Origin: Hemiscyllium ocellatum
Taxonomy: Eukaryota
Direction: 5' to 3'
DNA: 64,000 bases
NCBI RefSeq assembly: GCF_020745735.1
Contig: NC_083426.1
Span: forward strand, 29,884,001 to 29,948,000
The position numbers and the translations under genes were made by a program. The stretch's first letter is position 1, and each line of letters starts with the position of its first letter. The notes below the pieces were generated by a model. The model saw only the letters and a list, made by a program, of their open reading frames with translations, did not search any database and was not told the DNA's origin. Shown here in pieces: positions 25,931-38,470 of the stretch.

Positions 25931-26089
25931 TCCAGCATCTTCATCTTCATTTTCTCCTAGTTGATTTCAACTCTACTGCAAAGCCTCGTCCAAGGGCCAT
26001 TTCTGCTGAAGGGCTCTGGCCCGAAACATCAATTCTCCTGCTCCTCGGATGCTGTCTGACCTGCTGTGCTTTTCCACCACCACACTCTC
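25928..26089 (+). mobile_element. PLE family A fragment inside the CA repeat
   Basis: CTCCAGCATC.. then GCTGAAGGGCTCTGGCCCGAAACATC..GGATGCTGTCTGACCTGCTGTGCTTTTCC. Confidence 0.75.
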
Positions 26090-26111
26090 GACACACACAC
26101 ACACACAAACC

Positions 26112-26635
26112 ATTGACCAGAATCTGAACTGTACTGGCCTAGCTGTATACTTACTGTGGCTACAAGAGCAGGTAAGAGGCTAGGAATTCTGCAGTGAGTA
26201 AATTATCATCTGAATCTCCATAGTCTGTCCACCATCTACAAGATACAAGTCAGCAGATGATGGAATTCTCTGCACTTATCTGGTTGAGTGTAGCTCTGAT
26301 ACAGCTTGACACCATCCAGCATGAAGCAACCCACTTAATTGGCATCACGTTCACAAACATTCAAACTCTTCACCACCAATGTACATTAGTAGCAATATGT
26401 AACATCTTCAAGATGCATTGCAGAACTTCATCAAGGGACATTGGACAGCACCTTCCAATCACAGAACCACCGCCATCTTGATGGACATGATATATGGAAA
26501 CACCATTGCTGCAAATTTCCCTCCAAGCCACTCACCATCCTGACTTGGAAATATATCACTGTTTCCTTAATACAGCAGGGTCAAAATCTTGGAACTTTCT
26601 TCTTAATGGCATTGTGCTCACATCTGCACCATCAC
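26112..26635 (+). mobile_element. CR1/L2-type LINE 3' region (family of 61650-62915)
   Basis: TIYKIQVS..MEFSALIW..LDTIQ; collinear with 62090-62790. Confidence 0.8.
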
Positions 26636-28099
26636 TAGAGTACTCTAGGTAAGACAATGCCTTGCCAGCTGTTTTGGGCATACACTCCTGACTGATCCTT
26701 GACCTCAGAAGGAAAAATTTCTAAAGGACTTATGCTGGAATTTGGGTCACTCTATAAAGATTTTTGGGAATGTAATTGGGCAATGCAGAAGAGAAGTTTG
26801 AGTGCTACACCACAGATCTCCAGTAAAGAACCACACAAACTGATGCCTGTAGCATATTAAAAGTTAGCAATCCTGTTATCAGAGCCAGAGTCCATTTGAA
26901 CAGAGAAATAAGGCCAATTATGTTAATTTACATGAATAAGTAGGAAGACCCAGGAGGCTGTTATGTTGCCTTGTGGTTTATTTCTTTTTTAGATTGAATG
27001 TTATCTGTAGATTATCCGAGACTTGCATTCTTAAGGTGATTAGAATTTGCATTCATGCTTAAAGATTAAAATTATTCTTCCTTGTTTTTAAGTGAATTTT
27101 TTAAAAAAATGTTTGTTGGTTTAAAATATTCATTGAAAATGAGTTTGTCCGGTCTCTGGATTCCATTCCTCTTCTGAGCCTTGATATTGCTGCAATGTTA
27201 GTCTCAGTGGAAAGAACTTTTAGTGATTTTAGAAGTTGAGCAAAGCTAAACGTTGACATTTTTTCCACAGTAGAAATTATTAGAGTATTCAGGCTATTCT
27301 AATATTTTACAATGGTTACTATTCAGTTTGATTATGCAATTTTATCGCAGTTGGTTGTATTCCTATGATTGAGTCAAAAGATTGACTTTAAACTTGATAA
27401 CCAGTGCTCATGTTGCAGGCATGTTGTGTTTAGAATGTAACTTTACAGCTTCATGCTTCTGGCAAAACATTACCTGCTTGTAACACAGATCAAAAATTTT
27501 CCCTCATATTACATTTGATGGCCAACAAATTAATGAGTGGAAAACCAAGCTTAGCGCATGGCCAAATTTTCAATACACACACCCAACAGAAAGGTTCCCG
27601 ACTGAAAGAAAAAGCCAGCAAATTATTCATTTAAGTCAGGGTCATGGCAGCCTTTTCCCAAGGTTTCAGGTTTTGAGGATTAGGTTGTTCTCTAGATGCC
27701 CTTGCTCAACCTTTACTGTCACAAAACCTTAACAATTAGTCACTTTATCTTAATGGGACAACTGTAGGATCTCTGCCATGTTTGGATTTCAATATTGTAG
27801 TCTGTTACTTGCAGCACATTTATTCTTATTCATGTGATAATGTACATCTTAACCTTTATAATGAAACTTTCAGTTCTGAAGAAATTATGACAGGTTTTGT
27901 TTTGTTTTTCATAAGAATAGCTTCAATTGTACAAAATAGTGGTGAAATAAGATTATATAATGTGGTTATACATTATAAATTATTGTAAGTTTATAAAATG
28001 CCAAGTAACTGCTTAGGTTTTCTGCTTTTGCTTTGATCTCCAGCAAAACCTCCCCTGTCCCAGCTATAATGAGGTATATTAGATCGAATGTCATTAATT

Positions 28100-29150
28100 A
28101 GCTTTTTTAATGTTTTAGTCCATTTTGATCCTATTTGCTGATTGCTTTATCCATTTTCTATTTTTGCTTATGACTCTCCTTCCTGTTACTAGTTTTGCTT
28201 TCATGGAATCTGAGCTTCTTCTTAGGTTCCAATCCTTCTGTCAATCTATCTTACTCTCCAAAAGCACTAGCAGATCTCTCTGGGGTGAGTCTTAGACCCA
28301 ATCCTTACAAGATACAAATTGTCTATTTTGAACAGGTTCCACCTTCTCCAGAACCAGTCTCAATTCCTCACAAATTTGATGCCCTCCAGCCTACACCGGT
28401 TTTCCAGTTAGGTGTTTAATTGCTCCGTTCTCCTGTTTCCATGCTCATGAGCATGTGAGATTGAAAAGCAGGACTTCCAAAGCAGTAATCTCCAAATTAT
28501 TCTCAATCTCCTTCCTAGCTCCCCAAAATTTGCTTTCAGGATCTCATCCCCTTTCTTATCTAAGTAATTGGTTACCATCAGCTCCCTCAGAAAAATTTTG
28601 TTCTGTGATATCCTTATCCTTAGTATCAGAGAGGCAACATACCATCCTGGAGTCATGCTGACAGCTGCAAAAATACCTGTCTGTTCTTTGAATTAAAGAA
28701 TTCCTACCAGTACTGCTTTTCCATTCTTCCTCCTGTACAGTTAAGTCACCAGTGGTGCCAATAACTTCCTCCTGTACAGTTAAGTCACCAGTGGTGCCAA
28801 TAACTTGACTCTGACTGCATCTTCTGTGGAACAATCACACACTTACCAGTATCCAAACTGGAAAACTGATTTGCAAGCAAGATCATCTCAGGAGATTTCT
28901 GTACCACATGCCTGATTCTCTTGGAATGCCTGGCATCACCTGTTCCTCATTTACCTGCACATCCCAGAGAAGCAGTGTGAGCACCTCCCTAAACAGGCTT
29001 TCCATGTAGTCCTCTAACATGACTCTAGCACCTACTTGTATTCTGAAACCTGGAGCTCAAGCTTGTGTACTTGGTGACACTTTAATCTTAGATACATGGT
29101 GTGTCCATGATTTCACATATACTACAAAGTGTACATTCCATTTGGCCAAA
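28100..29150 (-). mobile_element. Old CR1 5' region (ORF1) remnant with a 39-bp tandem duplication
   Basis: Minus reading SRMVCCL..KDKDITEQ resembles CR1 ORF1 esterase; CTTCCTCCTGTACAGTTAAGTCACCAGTGGTGCCAATAA repeated at about 28726-28803. Confidence 0.55.
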
Positions 29151-29989
29151 CTGTTGCCATATTTAATTATATTGACTATTTATTATAAGTTGACTAGCTT
29201 ACCAATTACTCATCAAAACTTCCTTCTGCTGCACCAACGTAGAAGTCAACCACTGGACAGTGATAAATAATAAAGGGGGAAAAAGAATATTTTATATCCC
29301 CTTACCACTCTGCAAACTCACTGTACTTGAAATATATACTCTATTTATATTTGTAATCTGTAGAGATGAGAGGAGATTAAAAGTAATTCCTTAGAGATAT
29401 CAAAAGTAATGGTAATGGGATGCAAGGAGAAGTTATTCATTACTGGCTATGATTAGGTTAGAACCTCATAACAGCAACCCCATCCATCTAGACAATGAGA
29501 GAGAGGCATTGGAGGAGGATGGTGTGGTTGACTCTGTCAAAGATTGTGGACAGGGTGGGGAAACAAGGAGAGTTAACATGTCTTTGTTACAGACACATAG
29601 GATGTGATTTATAAATTTGATAAGAACAATTTTGGTACTGTGGCAACACGGAAACTTGATTGAAGGTTTAAAAAGCAGGCATCAGTATTGGAGGTAATAA
29701 CACTTCTCAAAAGAAATGGGAGATTGCAAATGGGGCAGTCATTTGCAAGGACTATGCAGTCAAGGATTTGCTTTTGAAGACAGTGGGAATGATAGCTGAA
29801 GACATTTGAAGCAGAAAGAAGAATGAAAACTGAGGAGATAAACCCATCAGCATCATTAGGTAACATAGGAGCCCGAAAGGAAAGTTGGATGGTCACTAGT
29901 TCAGTGGGAATTGGGTCAAATAAACAGGAAAAGAATCTTCTTAATAAAATTACATTGGAGAAGGCATGAGAGGAGATTAAAGAGAAACT

Positions 29990-30228
29990 TGTTAAAATAC
30001 CTTCACAGAAGCTGATATCCCATCACCAAGTCACCATTTATTTATAATGTGGGGAGTCCTTGATAGTGATCCAGCTCCCTTAGAGCCAACTCTCAAGGTG
30101 AACAGAATCTCTGACACTCCTGTTTATATCTGTCAGCCAGGGCCTCCAGAATGGGCCAGACTAACAGCCCCAATCAGGGAACTCATATTTTATGAAGTCC
30201 ACTTGATTGACCTCAGTATAATCACTAC
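29990..30228 (-). mobile_element. Probable short solo LTR
   Basis: Reverse complement has AATAAATGGTGACTTGGTGATGGGATA..TAACA end, related to 13200-13250. Confidence 0.5.
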
Positions 30229-32411
30229 CCTGGTGTTACGATGGCTTCATATTTAATTTTATGAACTTAATTTTGGAAGGATACTTGGATCTTTTATAAT
30301 GTGGCCAATAAAAAGCCATTGGAACATTTTCTTTAATAAAGCATTCTTTGGTGGTCATATATCTTGTGGTGATTGTTTCTTTATTGAAGACCACCTGCCT
30401 TGGTTTTCAACTGTCAAGTTGCATTTTATCCATTGGATACAGTTTGGAGTGATTGGTGACAAGTCTGCTGAAGAGAAGGACCTCCCAGATCAATGCTATT
30501 TCTGAAAAAAGCTCTTATGAATACTGATTACCACCTTGAAAACTGAATGGAAGACATCTCAATACTGTGTTTCTTGAATAAACTGTGTCTGCTAAGAGCT
30601 TTGTTTGGTGACACCCAACTACACACGACAGACTGGTAGCCTTCTGAAAATTTTATAACTTCTCTCTTTTCCCTTCAAAAACTAAGACTCATTGGCCAAA
30701 AGTGTTTTTTTCTATAACTGAATCTCTGCTCAGAGAATTTCTTTGTCTTTACCTTTGCCCTGTGTGTTCTCTTTTGCCTGTGTTTCAAGTTTGAGGCGTA
30801 AACATTTTATTTTCATATTACAAGCTAAGTGCGTGAACCAATTTTGCATCTTTATTGAATAAGTTTTGTTTTATAATAAGTCGATAGTTTTGTCTTTCTT
30901 AAAGAAAGCTGATTGATGAGGCTTTTTTTTTAAATTTTACATAGAAAGCAGTCAGCTTTGTGCACAAGCAGTTGGGAGAGAGCACATCTTGAGTGAGACA
31001 CAGCCAAGTAAATGTGTTCATTGGGGAAATTGGAGCACAGTGGGAATTTGGTGCAAAGGCAAAGAGGTGATTTTGCTTTTTTTTGTCTGTCAGTTTATAA
31101 TCTTTAGCAATGAAGACCAGGGAATAAAGACCTTAGAGTGATTGATACTATTTGATATTAAATCAAAAGTTTAATTTAAAGGAATAAGTCAAAGCAGGGG
31201 AGCTCAAAGCCGTAGTGTGGGAAACTGGTAATGTTTCCAATGCCCAGGTCCAACATGAGTCCAGAAAAATTTTCCAGCCTGGGTTTCAGAGTTGGAGTTG
31301 CAGCCAGGGACACTGTGGAGCATCCACAAGGCAGAAAGGAGGAGCTCCAGAGCAAGTTCAGCCTGATGGCTAGTGGAATGAAGGAAAGTGGCAAGGTAGT
31401 TGACCAGATCGTCTTAATCTCAGTGAGAAAGAAAACTATGAACTGCTTGCACTGTGTGTTGTTGGTGTGGCGGAGGAGACAGGGAAGTGGGGCTTTAAGA
31501 AACTAGCCTCTGGTAGAAGCTGGGAGATTGCCTTTATTGTAAGCAGTTTTGACAGATTGAAGAAACTGGATAGAACTTTACACAATACAACCAGATTAGA
31601 GAGTGAATGGTTCAATCAGTAACCTGCTATCTCCCTTCAAGTCTTTTTGTTGGATTGTATGACAGGAGATGAAGATCATAAAAGAGAAATGGTCCAGGTG
31701 AGACAGAATGGCAGTTTTAATGGGAAGCGCAACATTGAAGGTGAAGATGAAAGTGTAGTTGAGCAGATCAGCAACTGTAAAAGTGTCAAAGACAATTTAC
31801 AAGTAATATAAAGTTGAATTTGAATGGTTACTATAAATGAACTCATTCAAGATAAAACACTAAATTTATATAGGCATTTTAAAACCAGAAATCAAAGGTA
31901 TTATCATTAATTTATTAAGAACTTAAACTCTTTCTGGGATGTTATTGGGATTAAAGATTGAATCATTGGGGTTATGATATTAAACAGCTGCCAGTAGATA
32001 CACACATACATCAAAGCAAAATCATGATCTTACACACTTTCTGCAGCAATTATCTGTTCTGACTAACAGTAATTTTGAGAGGAGAGAAAAATAACTGTTC
32101 TGATGACATGATTGACTAACTCACTATCCCCAGAAGAAAGTTTGTGAGACATTTAACCAAAACTTGCTTTGGAATTCAGTGAATCTTTATAGAATTGCAA
32201 CACATCTTTCAACATGATTATTGATAGCGTCATATTCACATTTTCACTGCTCTGCATGCTAATTCCTTTTAAAAGCTCCAAATGTTTACATTTATTTTCT
32301 ATTACCTGATTAAATTAGTTAGTATTTTTACTTATGAATTTTAAAGCATCTTCTTCTGTAATGATCCCAGGGGTGATTCCATAAATTGCCTTTCCTCTGT
32401 ATCATTTTGTC

Positions 32412-33404
32412 CAACTGGAGGCCTGTGACCAGTGGTGTGCCACAAGGATCGTTGCTGGGTCTACTACTTTTCGTCATTTATATAAATGATTTGAATGTGA
32501 GTGTAAGAGGTATATTTAGTCAGTTAGCAGATGACACCAAAATTGGAGGCATAGTGGACAGATTACAACGGGATCTTGATCAGATGGGCCAATGTGCTGA
32601 GGAGTGGCAGATGGAGTTTAATTTAGATAAATGTGAGGTGCTGAATTTTGGAAAAACAAATCATAGCAGGGCATATACACTTAATGTAAGGTTGTGGGGA
32701 GTGTTGTTGAACAAAGAGACCTTGGAGTGCAGATTGAAAGTGGAGTCACAGGTAGATAGGATAGTGAGAAGGCTTTTGGTATGCTTTCCTGTATTGGTCA
32801 GAACAATGAGTTGGGAGGTCATGTTGCAGCTGTACAGGACATTGGTTAGGCCACTGTTGGAATATTGTGCAATCCCAGTCTCCTTCCTACTGGAAGGACA
32901 TTGTGAAACTTGAAAGGGTTCAGAAAAGGATGATTCTTAAAAGGATGTTGCCACGGTTGGAGAATTGGAGCTATAGGGAGAGGCTGGATAGGCTGGAGCT
33001 GTTTTCCCTGGAGCATCAGAGGCTAAGGGATGACCTTATAGAGGTTGATAAAATCATGAGGGGCATAGATAGGATAAATAGACAAGGTCTTTTCTCTGGG
33101 GTGGGGCAGTCCACAACTAGACAGCATAGGGTTAGGGTGAGAGGGGAAAGATATAAAAGGGACCTAAGAGGCAACTTTTTCACATAGAGGATGGTACATG
33201 TATGGAATGAGCTGCCAGAGGAAGTGGTGGAGGTTATTACAATTACAACATTTAAAAGGATCTGGATCGGTATATGAATAGGAAGGGTTTAGAGGGGTAT
33301 GGGCCAGGTGCTGGCGAATGGGTCTAAATTAGGTTAGGATGTCTGGTCGGCATGGACGAGGTGGACAAAAGGTCTGTTTCCATCCTGTTCATCTCTACGA
33401 CTCA
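32412..33404 (+). mobile_element. 5'-truncated CR1 LINE (RT to 3' tail)
   Basis: [18 protein letters not shown]; highly similar to 24150-25165. Confidence 0.93.
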
Positions 33405-33740
33405 ATGGTCTTATGTTTATGCATGCAATTGCTTTTCCTTATCAATCTGGATTATTAGTTAACTACACAGCAATGATTTATTTTTAGTTATTTATTAAAT
33501 TAAATTTTCTACCAATGAAATTTAATTATCCTCTAAGTCTCCATTCCTAATTTTGAGTTACTTCAATATTAAAATATCATTAGTGAGACTTTTTGATTAA
33601 CAGATATACCGCAAAGATAAATGGATTACAAAAACTCAATATTTGTGAAAGCTGAATCTATGCTGCAGTTCTCCAATAATACTGATCATATTTAAAATTT
33701 AGAAAAACAACTCAGCAAATATTTGCATCTTAATGATGTG

Positions 33741-34033
33741 ACAGTGATTAGCACTGCTGCCTCACAGCGCCAGAGACTCGGGTTCAATTCCCGACTCAGG
33801 CGACTGACTGTGTGGAGTTTGCACATTCTCCCCGTGTCTGTATGGGTTTCCTCCAGGCGCTCCGGTTTCCTCCCACAGTCCAAAAATGTGCAGGTAAGGT
33901 AAATTGGCCATGCTAAATTGCCCGTAGTGTTAGGTGAAGGGGTAAAGGTAGGGGTATGTTGTGCTTCGGTGGGTCGGTGTGGTCTTGTTGGGCCGAAGGG
34001 CATGTTTCCACACTGTAAGTAATCTAATCTAAT
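33741..34033 (+). mobile_element. HE1-type V-SINE
   Basis: TTAGCACTGCTGCCTCACAGCGCC..GGTTCAATTCC..V-domain..TAATCTAATCTAATC. Confidence 0.9.
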
Positions 34034-34313
34034 CAATGTATAATGCAGAAAACACAGTGAAAGAGCATGATTCAATTATTTTTTTCTGCTAAGTAAGACT
34101 ATTCAGCAAATGAATACGGATCTACTACAAAATGAACTGCGGCTTTAAAAAGAAGTATCAGAAGTGAAGAACAACATTAAAATTGGATAATGGCAATATC
34201 TGTTCATATTGTCCCTTTATTTTTCTAAAAACTGCTTCTTGGCTCAAGGAGACTGTCCTTGGTGTTTTTTTCAGAGGAGTAATAAACCAGGCTGGGCTCT
34301 GATCAGTCTGAAG

Positions 34314-34524
34314 AGGAGAAAGTGAGGTCTGCAGATGCTGGAGTATCAGAGCTGAAAATGTGTTGCTGGAAAAGCACAACAGGTCAGGCAGCATCCAAGG
34401 AGCAGGAGAATCGATGTTTTGGGCATAAGGGCTTTTATGAAGAAGGGCTTATGCCCGAAACGTCAAATCTCCTGCTCCTTGGATGCTGCCTGACCTGCTG
34501 TGCTTTTCCAGCAACACATTTTCA
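34314..34524 (-). mobile_element. Short PLE family A foldback inserted in the 5' LTR
   Basis: Absent from the 3' LTR (40275-40295); GCTCTGATCAGT at 34296-34307 and 34525-34536. Confidence 0.88.
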
Positions 34525-35074
34525 GCTCTGATCAGTTTGTTTGGTACAGAGATGATCTGGATTTTGAGAGGCTTTTTGTTTATATGTAAACAGATGAGAC
34601 TTCAGGACAAAGTGGTCATATTTAGAAGTTACCTGTAAAATGAAAGGAGAGGGGTCAGCTCTTTTGCTGAGCAATTTTAGTTCAGTTTTGAATTGGTTGG
34701 AAGTTTAACAGGGAGCTGTGTGAAAACTTGTGCTCTCTTTTCTGCCCCTCAACTTCAACCTGTAAGCATGTGTTCCATTTATACCAGTTTTTAAAGGGAG
34801 TTTGCTTATTGGGACTGTTGTGTATATTTGGAACAGCAAAATTAAGTCTAATTGGATGGGCTGTGTTCTGTTGGAGTTCTTTATTCTGTTCTTTGTGTTT
34901 CATTGTATAATTTTGTGAATACATTTTTATCTGTTTTAAAATCTAGTAGTCAAACTAGCTATCTTACTCTGGGTAATTTTCACTGTACATTTACCAAAAA
35001 AAATTACAAAGTTAAGGTCTGGGGGCTGCCTGCTTAAGAGAGTTTTGAGTGGTCTGGCCTAGTCCAAAACAATT

Positions 35075-35093
35075 TGGGGGCTCTTTGCGGGAT
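35075..35093 (+). promoter_or_regulatory. Primer-binding site complementary to tRNA-Pro
   Basis: TGGGGGCTCTTTGCGGGAT, 3 nt after the LTR end, versus tRNA-Pro complement TGGGGGCTCGTCCGGGAT. Confidence 0.8.
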
Positions 35094-35778
35094 TTTAAAC
35101 AGTGAGTGCTAAGTGCTAGTGTCTTTATTTTGGGTGCTGGTTTGGTTGGGTAGACAAAGCTTGGGTTCGGAATGGCTCTTTTAATCGCCAAATGTTTTCT
35201 GGATGAGGATGCGGTGACTTTGGAAGCTTTGCAAAAAGTAAATAAGACCAAGTTGTAGGAATTAGCAGAGAAGCTGGAATTGGAACTGTCTGCTTCTGTG
35301 AGGAAACGAAAGGTAATTACACCAGTAGCTCAGCATTTAAACTTGCTGGATAAACCATCAGAATGTATAGAGATGGCAAGAATTCAATTGTAAATGAAGC
35401 ACCTTGAGTTGGAGATGAGAGATAAGGAAAGGCCAGCAGAAGTGAAACAGTTTGAGTTACGATTAAAAGCAGAAGAAAGGGAAAAAGAGAGAGCTGAGAT
35501 AGAAAGGGAGAGAGCTTTTGAACTTCAAACACTGACACTTTAAAAGGAAAATCCGCTTAAAAGGTTGGAGATAAAAGTTGAGGATAGGCTCAGTGAGGAA
35601 GTAATGCAAACTCAAGTGGAAGAGCAGAGAGTTAAAACAGCAAGGTTAGCAGCTGAAGTAGCTGATGATTATGAATTGGTCCATAAAACTCAGCTTGGTG
35701 GCTTCCAGAATCAATTTCAGTCCATGGCGGATAGAAATTGGGGCAACGAGAAATCCTCACGTGGAAAGGGAAGGGTAG

Positions 35779-35925
35779 ATTAGATTAGATTAGATTCCCT
35801 ACAGTATGGAAGCAGGCCCTTCGGCCCAACAAATCCACACCAACTCTCCAAAGAGTAACCCACCAAGACGCATTCCCCTACATTTACCCTGACTGATGCA
35901 TCTATCGTAATGGGCAATTTAGCCC
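35779..35925 (-). mobile_element. HE1 SINE 3' fragment inside gag
   Basis: (TAGAT)n tail then CCCTACAGTATGGAAGCAGGCCCTTCGGCCCAAC; GTAGAT on both flanks. Confidence 0.85.
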
Positions 35926-36222
35926 GTAGATCTCAGTGAAGATCATAAGGATAACTTACCACAGAGTAAAAAAGAAACTCTTGAGACTAACAAAGACATT
36001 GAAAAGCTCCAGTGTTTTCATTTTAATAAAGTGGGCAATATGAAATTACAGTATTGGTGGGCTAGAAGAAAGCCAGAAGTAGGAAAACCAGACAAGCTTG
36101 GAAATCTTGTTGGACTAGTAGCAAAAAGCACAAGGGAAGTTAGATAACTGCCTCAGAGTGTACAGGATGATCAGAAGGAAATGCCAGATCTGCTTAAAAA
36201 ATATAAATGCAATGGTCAAGTT

Positions 36223-36548
36223 TCACGGTAGCTCAGTGGTTAGCACTGCTGCCTCACAGGACCAGGGATCTGGGTTTGATTCCAGCCTTGGGTGACTGTC
36301 TGTGTGGAGCTTGCATATTCTCCCCGTGTCTGTGTGGGTTTCCTCCGGGTGCACCGGTTTCCTCCCGCAATCCAAAGATGTGCAGGTCAGGTGAATTGGC
36401 CATGAGAAATTGCCCATAGTGTTAGGTGCATTAGTCTAGGGGTAAATATAGGGTAGGGGAATAGGTCAGGGGGGTTACTTTTCAGAGGGTTGGTGTGGAC
36501 TTGTTGGGCTGAAGGGCCTGTTTCCATACTGTAGGGAATCTAATCTAA
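36223..36548 (+). mobile_element. HE1-type V-SINE inside the Gypsy element
   Basis: Full head, V-domain and tail; AAGTTT on both flanks. Confidence 0.9.
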
Positions 36549-38234
36549 AGTTTATTCACATTGGCCAGGAGTAATAGGTTAGAAGGTCACAATGTTAAGG
36601 GACACCGGCTCCTCTCAGTCTGTGATGCTGAAGGATGAAGAGATAGGTACTCCTATTGGTCTATTGTGGAAAAGGTACTGGTAACAGGAATTCATGGTGA
36701 GACAAAAAGTGCTCAGTTATGTAAAGTGAGGCTAGAGAGTCCAGAGAAGAGTGGAGAATTTTTGGTAGGAGTACTGGACAAACTCTTAGCTGCAGGAATA
36801 CAACTTGTCCTTGCAAATGATATAGCTGATTTGCTGGTTGGCATGCTGCCTACTCTAGTTGAAAAGCTAGTGGCGACACAGGCAACTGAAGACATGAAGA
36901 ATGTTTATCCAGGAATTTTCCCTGATTGTGTGATCACAAGATCACAGAAGCAAAAGCTGTAGCAGGAGAGATCAAAAGGCACAGATAAGGAAGCTGACAT
37001 AGTGCTATCTGAAACTTTTTTTGATCAGATAAGTGTAACAGGGGAGGAGCAAATAGGTAAACATGCAAGCATCTTTCGCTCTACTAAGCTGGTTGAATTA
37101 CAGCAGAAAGATAAGGAATTAAAACAGTTATATCAAAAGACATTTACTGAAAAAGAAAGTGAATGCATTCCTGTCTGTTATTACTTAACAAATAATGCAA
37201 GGGAGACCATTACCCATTCAAACAGATGAGAAATAGGCAGAGATTCATCAAATTGTTTTGCCAGTAGGGTATAGAAAGGAGGTGCAGCGAGTGGCGCATG
37301 AACTACCACTTGGAGGTCATTTAGGGGTTAGGAAAACACAGGCTAAGATACAAAGACATTTTTACTGGCCTGGACTACACAATGATGTAGTTGAATTTTG
37401 CCATATGTGTCATACATGTCAGCTAATTGGAAAACTACAGGCAGTAATAAAACCTGCAACTTTAATATCTATTCCAGCATTTGAGGACCCTTTCACAAGA
37501 GTCTTGATTGATTGTATAGGTCCCCTACCTCAAAACAAAAAGTGGGAATAAGTATTTATTAACAATAATGGATATGTCGACTAGATTTCTAAAGGCAATC
37601 CCATTGCGCAACATCACAGCTAAAAGATTTGTAGAAGAGCTACTTAATTTGTTTTTACTGCATACAGACTACCAATAGAGATCCAGTCAGATCAAGTATC
37701 AAACTTTGCATCCAAACTATCCATGGAGGTTATGGATAACTTGGGTATACAACAATTCAAATCTACTGGAGAGATGGCATCAAACACTGAAGACCATGTT
37801 AAGGGCATATGGTCAGGTTTATCCAGATGATTGGGATAAGGGAGTTCCATTTGTACTTTTTGCAATCAGAGATGCACCGAATGAATTGACCAAATTCAGT
37901 CCATTTGAATTAATTTTTGGGCATGAAGTAAGAGGACCGTTAAAATTGATTAAGGAGAAATTAATAATTCAGGATTCAGAGACCACCTATTTGGACTATG
38001 TGTCAAATTTTAAAGAATGATTAAATAGAGCTGAAGAGTTGGCTAGACAGCATTTAAAAGTATCACAGCATACAATGAAACAGGAAGTGGATAAGAAATC
38101 ACAAATTCACAACTTTGCAATTGGGGATAAGGTATTGGTTTACTTCCAGTAACAGGTGAGTCTTTAAAAGCAAGATTTAGTGGACCTTATCAAATTGAGA
38201 AGAAATTGAGTGAGGTGAACTACTTGATAAGGAC

Positions 38235-38470
38235 CAAAAAAGAGAAAATGCTGGAAAATCTCAGCAAGTCTGGCAGCATCTGGAAGGAGTGAAACGAGCT
38301 GAGGTTTTGAGTCTAGCTGACCCTTTGTCAAAGCTTTGACAAAGGGTCAGTTAGACTGGAAACGTTAGTTCTTTTTCCTCCTTACAGATGCTGCCAGACT
38401 TGCTGAGATTTTCCAGCATTTTCTCTTTTTTGGTTTCAGATTCCAGCATCTGCAGTAATTTTCTTTTATT
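38235..38470 (+). mobile_element. Short PLE family C foldback with 14-bp TSD, inserted in the integrase C-terminus
   Basis: Palindrome centred on CAAAGCTTTG; TACTTGATAAGGAC at 38221-38234 and 38471-38484. Confidence 0.88.

Noticed and set aside
28726-28803. CRISPR-like direct repeat
   Set aside because: Two adjacent 39-bp copies with no spacer inside an old CR1 remnant; a simple tandem duplication in a vertebrate
34196-34200. Firm TSD and PPT for the Gypsy element
   Set aside because: ATATC versus ATATA match only 4 of 5, and the PPT and start of the 3' LTR appear deleted, so exact outer boundaries are uncertain
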